Under the pieces are notes generated by a model that did no database searches, was not told where the DNA came from, and worked only from the letters and a program-made list of their open reading frames with translations. From a virus (Duplodnaviria; Heunggongvirae; Uroviricota; Caudoviricetes): a DNA stretch of 23,401 nt. Made by a program: the position numbers and the translations under genes. Below, piece by piece: positions 9,204 to 15,671 of the stretch (within the stretch, counting starts at the first letter, position 1; every line of letters starts with the position of its first letter). Location: positions 1 to 23,401 of the IMG/VR virus record IMGVR_UViG_2667528074_000003. One strand, given 5' to 3'.

Positions 9204-9229
9204 AAAAAAACGGAAGAATTATATTCTTC
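9204..9229 (-). terminator. rho-independent terminator downstream of the 193-aa gene
   Basis: Minus strand reads GAAGAAT-ATA-ATTCTTC followed by CG and T7, beginning 8 nt after the stop at 9237. Confidence 0.5.
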
Positions 9230-9236
9230 TTAATAT

Positions 9237-9818
9237 TTAATGTGTCACTGGTGCTTCTGGTATACCATGAGTATTCAGATCGTGAATCATTTCATCCAGA
9301 AGGAGTTCAAGCCCTTCGCGCCCCATAGCAGAGACAATGAAGCCATTATCAGGATCTGCGATGAGCATTTTTTGATAGAGAAACAGAACTCGCCCCATGC
9401 CTTCATCTTCGCCATATTTTTCAATAAATCCCCATTCGACATGGTTTTGCAGGGCAATGCGAAGTGGCCCCGGGTATATACTCATACAACCATGCTTTCC
9501 CTTATAAATAACTGCGTGATCTGTGGTTCCGTTATCGTTAGGGATATCAATGGTACCGTTCTTGTTTTCCTCTTCACTGATAAACGTCGCCACATACAGC
9601 CAGCGCCATTGAGCAACCTTCATATCGACTGAAAATCTTCCCAGGAATCCGGCATCATCGGCTTCTGCAATACATTGCATGATTCTTAAACCGTGCCAGC
9701 ATGGATTGTCGTACTCACCATCATTAAGACGCTGTACGGCCTCAACATAATCAATGGTTGTACTGTCAATTTTTATGCCATGAGCTGTCGCTTCTGGTTT
9801 GAATTCAAAATTGTTCAT
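9237..9818 (-). CDS. hypothetical protein (193 aa), downstream member of an overlapping two-gene unit
   Basis: ATG 9818 preceded by AAGGAA; start overlaps the stop of the upstream 72-aa ORF (ATGA); no recognisable domain. Confidence 0.6.
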   Translation of the reverse strand: MNNFEFKPEATAHGIKIDSTTIDYVEAVQRLNDGEYDNPCWHGLRIMQCIAEADDAGFLGRFSVDMKVAQWRWLYVATFISEEENKNGTIDIPNDNGTTDHAVIYKGKHGCMSIYPGPLRIALQNHVEWGFIEKYGEDEGMGRVLFLYQKMLIADPDNGFIVSAMGREGLELLLDEMIHDLNTHGIPEAPVTH

Positions 9819-10033
9819 AATGTTTGTTCCTTTGCTGGTGGAATAATCGTGTAACCCGCTCTTTTTGCCATCCACAGAAATGTATCCATGCAACCAACGA
9901 ATTCATTATCCAACAGATGTTTTGAGTAAATCACTTTCCCATTTTCAATGGTCAACAACACTCTTACTTTTTCGTGTATTACCCCCCCCTGCTCAGGCTC
10001 ATTCTGCATTTTATTTCGTGCTGATGTCTCCAT
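9815..10033 (-). CDS. hypothetical protein (72 aa), upstream member of the overlapping two-gene unit
   Basis: ATG 10033 preceded by GGGAGA at 8 nt (the track start at 10048 is an alternative); stop overlaps the next start. Confidence 0.55.
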   Translation of the reverse strand: METSARNKMQNEPEQGGVIHEKVRVLLTIENGKVIYSKHLLDNEFVGCMDTFLWMAKRAGYTIIPPAKEQTL

Positions 10034-10231
10034 TATTTTATCTCCCATAAGCCTTGCGCAAATACAGGTTGGCTATATGAAGATAAGAATCTCCATGTTG
10101 TGCAATGAGGCAGGCAGTTTTATACGATGCCTTATTTTTCAGGAAAGTCATAACTGAGTTCCCTCTATGAATAAAAGTTGTAACAATTCCCGGCGATAAA
10201 ACCGTAATAAACGTTCAGGGCATATTGGTTG

Positions 10232-10597
10232 TTATTGCGCTAATTCTTTTTCGGCAGCAGCATTTGCATATTCACATGCAAAATTCAGAATTTCGCTGCC
10301 AAGTGTTTTTGTTTCATGATTACTGGACATATGTAATACCTGTGTTGCATGCAATAAATGATAAACATTGACCGCAAATGAATCAGGTTCCAGACAAATG
10401 CCTTCATAATCATCTTGCTGTGAGGTTGTTTCTGTCATTGTTCCCGAAGTACATGCGAACCTGTTTTTGACAATACTCTTTCCTCTAATCACTATATCGG
10501 CAACATCTATTGCTTTTATAACCTCCGGGAGAAATTCCTGGTTTGTATAATCAAACTCATCAACACAGAGAACGGTTATGTTTTCGAACTTTTTCAT
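10232..10597 (-). CDS. hypothetical protein (121 aa) whose C-terminal ~65 aa are paralogous to the N-terminal domain of the upstream 153-aa HTH protein
   Basis: ATG 10597 overlaps the stop of gene 10594-11055 (ATGA). Shared block: DSFAVNVYHLLHATQVLHMSSNHETKTLGSEILNFACEYANAAA versus DSFALNIANLLSAVRTFHLLDCARSKELGIEVMEFIHEYALSAA. Confidence 0.6.
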   Translation of the reverse strand: MKKFENITVLCVDEFDYTNQEFLPEVIKAIDVADIVIRGKSIVKNRFACTSGTMTETTSQQDDYEGICLEPDSFAVNVYHLLHATQVLHMSSNHETKTLGSEILNFACEYANAAAEKELAQ

Positions 10598-11055
10598 GCG
10601 CAAGTATCTCCAGCTGTTGGTTTACCGGTTAACAGCCACATCGGATCGCAACCAAGAACATTTGCCAGCGGGATAAGCATACTGATAGTTGGTTCATACT
10701 CTCCGCTCTCCCACTGGATGATGATATCTTCATCGAGATCGAGCAGACTGGCGAGTTCGGCTGTTGTTAAGCCGCAGGCTTCGCGTTGGGTGCGAAGGTT
10801 AACCAGCCAGCTTTTAGGGAAGGATTGTTTTTGTTGTGCAGGAGAAGCCGCAGATAGAGCATATTCATGGATAAATTCCATTACCTCAATGCCCAGTTCC
10901 TTTGAGCGAGCACAATCCAGAAGATGGAATGTGCGTACAGCACTTAGCAAATTTGCAATATTTAATGCAAAGGAATCAAGTTCTAAGCCCTTAAGCGTAA
11001 CACAGCCGCAGTTGATAAAATTAGTTGTTTCTGGAGTTGCGTTTAGTGTCTTCAT
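10594..11055 (-). CDS. two-domain regulator: N-terminal domain of unknown function plus C-terminal XRE-type helix-turn-helix
   Basis: 153 aa; C-terminal HTH LRTQREACGLTTAELASLLDLDEDIIIQWESGEYEPTISMLIPLANVLGCDPMWLL; first gene downstream of the pL-like promoter; RBS GGTGGA. Confidence 0.65.
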   Translation of the reverse strand: MKTLNATPETTNFINCGCVTLKGLELDSFALNIANLLSAVRTFHLLDCARSKELGIEVMEFIHEYALSAASPAQQKQSFPKSWLVNLRTQREACGLTTAELASLLDLDEDIIIQWESGEYEPTISMLIPLANVLGCDPMWLLTGKPTAGDTCA

Positions 11056-11108
11056 ATATCCACCAACAATTTTAAATTGAACTAAATCAAGTTATAATTG
11101 ATGGTGCG

Positions 11109-11137
11109 ATATTATGCTTTGAGAAATAGGCTGTCAA
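11109..11137 (-). promoter_or_regulatory. sigma70 promoter for the leftward early operon (pL analogue)
   Basis: Minus strand: TTGACA, 17-nt spacer, TAATAT, placed between the cI terminator and the 153-aa gene; leader contains palindromes ATCAA-N7-TTGAT and CAATTTAAAATTG. Confidence 0.5.
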
Positions 11138-11165
11138 GAAAAAATTGATATCGTGTGTTTTAGGC

Positions 11166-11189
11166 AGAAAAAAACGGGCAAAGCCCGTT
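11166..11189 (-). terminator. rho-independent terminator downstream of cI
   Basis: Minus strand AACGGGC-TTT-GCCCGTT followed by a T tract, starting 12 nt after the cI stop. Confidence 0.6.
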
Positions 11190-11200
11190 AAAATCAAAGA

Positions 11201-11890
11201 CTAACCAAATCTGTTTATATTGAATGGTACTGATGAGATCACTTTAGACTGGATATAAAGCAGAGCTAACCCCTCTTTTTCGATGCTCCATGGTTGATAA
11301 TTGGGGTTATCAGATAACACCATGATTTTGCTTCCAATTTTTTGAAGTCTTTTCACGTAGCATTCTCCATCAAAACAAAATGCATAAATGCCATCGCCAT
11401 CAAAATAAGTTACTGTCTTATCAAGAAAAAGAAGGTCGCCAGGTGAGATTGTGGGAGCCATACTGTCTCCTCTGGCGTTGCCTATTTCTATATTTTTAAA
11501 TGCTCGGTTTCCAACAAGACGACGGGCATATTCAGGATCAAGTTCTATTGAGCGTACTACATCTATAAAGTCTCCGCGGACATGGGTCCCATTACCGCAA
11601 CTAAATTCAACGTCAAGTACATTAAACACGACGCTATCTGTTCTTGCCTGATGTTTCTCTTGCGAAGAGAAGGTTGGTGAGGTGTCTTCACCTAAGAACC
11701 AGGATTGTGGATAACCGCTAATCTCTGATAACTGCGCAAGCTTATCGCTCCGTGGAAATGTTTTTCCTGTGGTCCAGTACTGCACTGATTGCGCACTCAC
11801 CCCCAGCTTACGGGCCAGCTGAGCCTGAGTCCATCCTTTTGCTTTCAGCATTGCGGCTATTCTATTTTCTGTGTTTTTGACGTTCTTCAT
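11201..11890 (-). CDS. cI: CI-type prophage repressor (N-terminal HTH plus C-terminal S24/LexA-like autopeptidase)
   Basis: 229 aa; HTH WTQAQLARKLGVSAQSVQYW; S24 motifs GDSMAPTISPGD (Ser nucleophile) and CYVKRLQK (Lys); divergent from a cro-like gene. Confidence 0.85.
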   Translation of the reverse strand: MKNVKNTENRIAAMLKAKGWTQAQLARKLGVSAQSVQYWTTGKTFPRSDKLAQLSEISGYPQSWFLGEDTSPTFSSQEKHQARTDSVVFNVLDVEFSCGNGTHVRGDFIDVVRSIELDPEYARRLVGNRAFKNIEIGNARGDSMAPTISPGDLLFLDKTVTYFDGDGIYAFCFDGECYVKRLQKIGSKIMVLSDNPNYQPWSIEKEGLALLYIQSKVISSVPFNINRFG

Positions 11891-12023
11891 GACCAGGTCC
11901 CGTGGGTTTCTTTACAAGGGTAAATCTTTACTTGATTTTAGTGTATTCGATCCTTTTGCAACTTGCATGTTAATTTAAACTTGATGTATTCTTGATTCAT
12001 TAAGTTTATCTTGGTGATTTGTT
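11891..12023. promoter_or_regulatory. immunity-region operator/promoter interval between cI and cro (OR analogue)
   Basis: 133-bp divergent intergenic region with four CTTGAT-type repeats (ACTTGATTTTA, ACTTGATGTAT, TCTTGATTCAT, TCTTGGTGATT) and palindrome TTTACaaggGTAAA; the same ACTTGAT motif recurs in the pL leader. Exact -35/-10 not resolved. Confidence 0.5.
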
Positions 12024-12296
12024 ATGAAAGGAAATGATTACGACGAACTTCGTGCATTAATTGCGCAAAATGCCATAGCGCGAAATCTTGGTGTGACACC
12101 GCAAGCGGTGAATCAGTGGTTTTCAAAAAGCACAATTCCTGCTCGTTTCGTTTTACGGGTATGTGAGGTGGTTGCATGGAAGGTTACGCCTCATGGCTTA
12201 AGGCCAGATCTTTACCCTCACCCTGAAGATGGAATTCCTGATTCGTTACGCAAAACATCAAATCCAAGCTTAGCGCACACGGGGGAGGGGAGGTAA
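12024..12296 (+). CDS. cro: Cro-like small HTH regulator (YdaS/Cro type)
   Basis: 90 aa, divergent from cI; HTH-like LGVTPQAVNQWF; RBS GGTGA 6 nt upstream. Confidence 0.7.
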   Translation: MKGNDYDELRALIAQNAIARNLGVTPQAVNQWFSKSTIPARFVLRVCEVVAWKVTPHGLRPDLYPHPEDGIPDSLRKTSNPSLAHTGEGR

Positions 12297-12302
12297 GGAA
12301 GT

Positions 12303-12431
12303 ATGAACGAAGAACGAATCGAATGCATTCTTGAGGCCATATCAGCCCTTACCGACGAAGAGATTCAGGAGGCAAGGACTGTTGCTGAAAAAACAGCCTT
12401 AGCTTTGGGATTTTCGGTTAATCCTGGTTGA
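12303..12431 (+). CDS. hypothetical small protein (42 aa) translationally coupled to cro
   Basis: Not in the ORF track; ATG 12303 lies 6 nt after the cro stop with RBS AAGGAAG; translation MNEERIECILEAISALTDEEIQEARTVAEKTALALGFSVNPG. Confidence 0.4.
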   Translation: MNEERIECILEAISALTDEEIQEARTVAEKTALALGFSVNPG

Positions 12432-12645
12432 TGGAGTTATCCAGAACGGCAGCGATGTATTCACACATATCCTGTCCTCGCTCCCTCTGCTGTTGCGGCT
12501 GACTTTTCAGGTTTTTAATTAACTCCATTCCGGATGCTGCGAGCTTTATTCGCTCTTGGATGGGAAGGGACGACAGCAATAAACCAAGTAATGCCTCAAG
12601 GCCGTCTAGCTTGGTTTCAACGCTGAATTTAGTTGTATCAGTCAT
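12418..12645 (-). CDS. hypothetical protein (75 aa) convergent with and overlapping the 3' end of the cro operon
   Basis: ATG 12645 preceded by AAGGAAA and by an extended -10 promoter; helical, charged sequence; overlaps the 42-aa ORF by 14 nt. Confidence 0.45.
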   Translation of the reverse strand: MTDTTKFSVETKLDGLEALLGLLLSSLPIQERIKLAASGMELIKNLKSQPQQQRERGQDMCEYIAAVLDNSINQD

Positions 12646-12678
12646 AGGTAATTTCCTTACTGGTTGTGTGAGAACTCC

Positions 12679-12715
12679 AGTATACCACCGAGCCTGAAGT
12701 GGTTAAAAGACAGGC
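12679..12715 (-). promoter_or_regulatory. leftward extended -10 promoter (TGGTATACT)
   Basis: Minus strand TGG-TATACT about 25 nt upstream of the RBS of the 75-aa ORF; weak -35 (TTAACC). Confidence 0.45.
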
Positions 12716-12940
12716 AAATTGAAGAGGCTAACCATGACTCCAGAAGAATTTATCTGCAAACACATAACGGAAAAGCTGGTGGCGGAGGGCTTCCCTGAAA
12801 TTGTTGCCAGGGGGGGGCATGCCGGGGACTGGATTACTACCGCCGTAGCTCGCAGGCCAGCCGCAAAGGAGCGATGTTTAATGATTGCTTGTTTCGTGCG
12901 CGGCAATGGGCACTTGGTCAGACAAATGTTACTGAGCGAA

Positions 12941-12984
12941 AGGAAAAGAAAAAGCCGGGCCGGATTAAGGTGGGCCAGCCCGGC
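12941..12984 (-). terminator. rho-independent terminator for leftward transcripts
   Basis: Minus strand GCCGGGCTGG..loop..CCGGCCCGGC (10 bp including one G-U) followed by TTTTTCTTTTCC. Confidence 0.4.
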
Positions 12985-13129
12985 CTGTCCTGACTTACCT
13001 TTGGAATCAACCTTCAAGGAGCTGTTCCATGATAAACGCCCGATTAATCACTGATCCTGACCGCCAACCGGAGGGCATTAATCACCAGACTGGAAAAGGC
13101 CTCAATCATCTGACTAAAGGACATTGATC

Positions 13130-13441
13130 ATGCTTAACATTAGCAGCACTCAAAAATTAGTCAACCCTTCAGATCCTGTTGGACAAATTCCGGTCGAACA
13201 GTGGTACAGAAGAACGTACGTGGTTTCAGAGTACGCCCGCACTTATACCGAGACAATTATCGGAAAGGCCAAATGCCCCTGTTCCGCAGCTGTGAATGGT
13301 GCGATGGCAATACGTAACGCCAATCCTTCGGTTTTATCCATCCGTTTTATAAGTATTGAGCAGCTTTCTCCTGAAGAAGGAGAGGCCAGCGAGCGCGCCC
13401 TTAACGCCTGGTTTGAGAAACATCCTGAGGAGATTGAATGA
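13130..13441 (+). CDS. hypothetical protein (103 aa) coupled to the downstream Rha-like gene
   Basis: ATG 13130 (the track TTG at 13124 is less likely); stop overlaps the ATG of gene 13438-14148. Confidence 0.5.
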   Translation: MLNISSTQKLVNPSDPVGQIPVEQWYRRTYVVSEYARTYTETIIGKAKCPCSAAVNGAMAIRNANPSVLSIRFISIEQLSPEEGEASERALNAWFEKHPEEIE

Positions 13442-14148
13442 TGAACACCGCAATTTTTAACGACAAAGTATCCATGACCAGCGTTGAAATCGCAGAGCTG
13501 GTTGGAAGTCAACACGGCAATGTCAGAATATCAATAGAGCGTCTGGCAAAACGCGGGGTGATTCAACTTCCTGCAATGCAAAAAGTTGAGAACGAACAAT
13601 CATTTAGCCAAAACAAATTCACAAACGCATATATTTTCGAAGGCGAACAAGGCAAACGCGACAGCATCATTGTCGTCGCACAACTTTGCCCGGAATTCAC
13701 TGCCCGCCTGGTAGATCGTTGGCGCGAACTGGAAGAGCAGGTGCGCAAACCAATGAGCGAAATCGAAATGGTTGCCGCGATGGCTCTTGAAGTAGTTCGT
13801 CAGCAAAAACGCCTCGACAAGATGGAAGAAAAAGTTAGCCACGTTGCCGAAACTGTCGAACAAATCAAAAGAGGCACCATACGCGATGGTTATGCAGGAT
13901 ACCGTCAGCTGGTGGCGAAAACAGGTATGTCAGATGCTAAATGCCGCAATCTGGTGAACGCATATCAGATCCCTACCGACACCCATGAATTTATGACGCC
14001 AGACGGATTATTGTCTCGTCGCGCGATTGTTGCAGTAGAACCCTTCATGTTTGCTTTTCATCGCATGATGAGTGAAGCAGAACCACGAGGTACTCGCTGG
14101 TATCACCCGAAAATGGGCCTGTTTCAGGCGCTGGGCTGGCAGGTGTAA
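13438..14148 (+). CDS. phage regulatory / antirepressor-like protein with N-terminal Rha-type DNA-binding region
   Basis: 236 aa; N-terminal MTSVEIAELVGSQHGNVRISIERL ... RWRELEEQ resembles the N-terminus of phage Rha/antirepressor proteins as I recall them; C-terminal half unassigned. Confidence 0.65.
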   Translation: MMNTAIFNDKVSMTSVEIAELVGSQHGNVRISIERLAKRGVIQLPAMQKVENEQSFSQNKFTNAYIFEGEQGKRDSIIVVAQLCPEFTARLVDRWRELEEQVRKPMSEIEMVAAMALEVVRQQKRLDKMEEKVSHVAETVEQIKRGTIRDGYAGYRQLVAKTGMSDAKCRNLVNAYQIPTDTHEFMTPDGLLSRRAIVAVEPFMFAFHRMMSEAEPRGTRWYHPKMGLFQALGWQV

Positions 14149-14362
14149 TTATGCTCACAGGTAACACATGCAAGTACTCAATCGCTGGTTCCGCGATGGC
14201 AGAGGGCGTCGCGTCCACGTTATACACTGGGAGTCTGAAACACAGCGGGTCATTTACCTGCGTGATGGTTATTCGCATGAATGCTTCAGTCCGTTGTGGT
14301 TGTTTCGTCGTGATTTTGTGGAGTGTGAAGCGCCGCCAGAGTGACGGCGTAATGGTGGAAAC

Positions 14363-14671
14363 TTACACGAAGCGGATCTGGAGTTTTTTTCCTGTTGCGC
14401 GGGCAAATTTTTTCAGTGTGGAAAATGATGGTCCACTGACACCTGACGCCAGATTACTTTCCATTCTGCTGATGACAGTTGCTTTGGTTCCCATACGCTC
14501 AGCGATCTCAGCTTGGGTTAAACCAGCTTCTTTACGTGCTGCCAGCATTTCATCAAGCAACGCAAATTCGTCGGCGATGGCGTCGTATTCTGCTTTAAAA
14601 GCTGGATCCTCCATCCATTTATCAGCCATTTCATCATGTGTAATGGTTGGCGGATTACGTTTACCAGTCAT
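14363..14671 (-). CDS. HigA-like antitoxin (XRE HTH)
   Basis: 102 aa with HTH GLTQAEIAERMGTKATVISRMESN; immediately downstream of and overlapping (11 nt) the toxin gene, the toxin-first order typical of HigBA modules. Confidence 0.8.
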   Translation of the reverse strand: MTGKRNPPTITHDEMADKWMEDPAFKAEYDAIADEFALLDEMLAARKEAGLTQAEIAERMGTKATVISRMESNLASGVSGPSFSTLKKFARATGKKLQIRFV

Positions 14672-14990
14672 GCTTTACCTCCTTCATTCTGGTTTCAGCT
14701 TTTTGGCGTTCGGCTGGTGGGGTTTTCTGGGTCTTCTTGATGAAACTATGCAGCATGATGATGCGTTTTCCTGCCAGGGTGCAGTAAAAGACGCGTGCGA
14801 TGCCATCACTACCTTTAATCCGAAGCTCGAAAAGCCCGTTACCGAAAGCACTGGTATGAGGTTCTCCGAGATTGCTGCCGTATACCTTCATGCGTTCAAC
14901 AAGATGCTGGTATCGGGCACGCATACTCAATGGAAGCTGGTCGACCTCCAGCCTGACCTCTTCACTGTAGTATTCGATAGTGTAGTTCAT
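14661..14990 (-). CDS. HigB/RelE-superfamily toxin (phage gp49-like mRNA interferase family)
   Basis: 109 aa; characteristic motifs NGLFELRIKGSDGIARVFYC and IMLHSFIKKTQKTP. Confidence 0.8.
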   Translation of the reverse strand: MNYTIEYYSEEVRLEVDQLPLSMRARYQHLVERMKVYGSNLGEPHTSAFGNGLFELRIKGSDGIARVFYCTLAGKRIIMLHSFIKKTQKTPPAERQKAETRMKEVKHDW

Positions 14991-14996
14991 GAGTTA

Positions 14997-15020
14997 AAAC
15001 ATAACAAAATGGTTATGTTT
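14997..15020. promoter_or_regulatory. palindromic operator candidate upstream of the toxin gene
   Basis: Perfect 9-bp inverted repeat AAACATAAC-N6-GTTATGTTT ending 7 nt before the toxin start codon; overlapped by a TTGTGC-17-TATGTT promoter-like element on the minus strand. Confidence 0.4.
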
Positions 15021-15671
15021 GCACAATATATTGATTCTGCAATTTCGGGACGTTACACTGTTCCAGCACCTTATAAAGCGGGTGCCGGGATTTGCACCCC
15101 GGAATTGCATACGGCGATATATGACGCGCCAGCGTCTTTTTTATCGTCCGCGCTCACGCACGCCAGAATTATGGTGGGCTGGGTAGGGGAGCCGAAAGGC
15201 TCGCCGGTTTCCGTATGCGCCGGTAGTGCAAACCCTGTTCAGTCCGCCACCAGCGAGATTTGCACCTCCGGTGGTGGAAGTTATCCATTGCATACGGAGG
15301 CTGCCATCATGGCTACAGTCCCAACTTCCCCATTCCTCAAAATTGAGATCGTCAACGGTAAGGCCGTTATTTTTTCCCTGCATGTTGCCTGCCACTTCAA
15401 GCGCATGCACCAGAACATCGTTGACAAAATCGAGTATCTGAACTGCTCGCGTGAATTTTTTACCCGCAATTTCATTCCGGGTACTTATCACATCTATGGT
15501 GACTCTCTGCGTGGTTATTACATCACCCTTGATGGTCTGATGATGCTTCAGCTTGGGTTAAGTCTGCGCACAATGCGGTACTACGAGAGCTGTATTGATG
15601 CATTCCATGAAGCTGAAACCGTCCAGGTACATTCCGCTTTCCGTCGTCATCAACGGGAGGTGCACCTATGA
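15009..15671 (+). CDS. Rha-domain phage regulatory protein, tandem paralog 1 (start uncertain)
   Basis: C-terminal ~110 aa carry a Rha-like winged-helix pattern (SLHVACHFKRMHQNIVDKIEYL ... YYITLDGLMMLQLGLSLRTMRYYESCIDAFHEAE). ATG 15009 has no SD; an internal ATG at 15309 has a GGAGG RBS. The frame stays open upstream only because it is antisense to the TA genes. Confidence 0.55.
   Translation: MVMFAQYIDSAISGRYTVPAPYKAGAGICTPELHTAIYDAPASFLSSALTHARIMVGWVGEPKGSPVSVCAGSANPVQSATSEICTSGGGSYPLHTEAAIMATVPTSPFLKIEIVNGKAVIFSLHVACHFKRMHQNIVDKIEYLNCSREFFTRNFIPGTYHIYGDSLRGYYITLDGLMMLQLGLSLRTMRYYESCIDAFHEAETVQVHSAFRRHQREVHL

Noticed and set aside
12551-12559. boxA-like sequence CGCTCTTGG downstream of cro (possible nutR)
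   Set aside because: No adjacent boxB-type hairpin and no N-like antiterminator gene in the early-left operon; likely coincidental.
12703-13017. 104-aa minus-strand ORF
   Set aside because: Ser/Leu/Pro-rich low-complexity translation spanning a terminator hairpin; no RBS.
12734-13054. 107-aa plus-strand ORF (MTPEEFICKHITEKLVAEGFPEIV...)
   Set aside because: Has an RBS-like GAAGAGG and a plausible first 45 aa, but the rest is low-complexity and runs through the GC hairpin; kept as a finding rather than a feature.
14151-15008. 5' portion of the 506-codon plus-strand ORF (14151-15671)
   Set aside because: It runs antisense through the clearly recognisable HigB/HigA-like genes, has no RBS at 14151, and shows no protein-like features; only the 3' part (Rha domain) is credible coding sequence.
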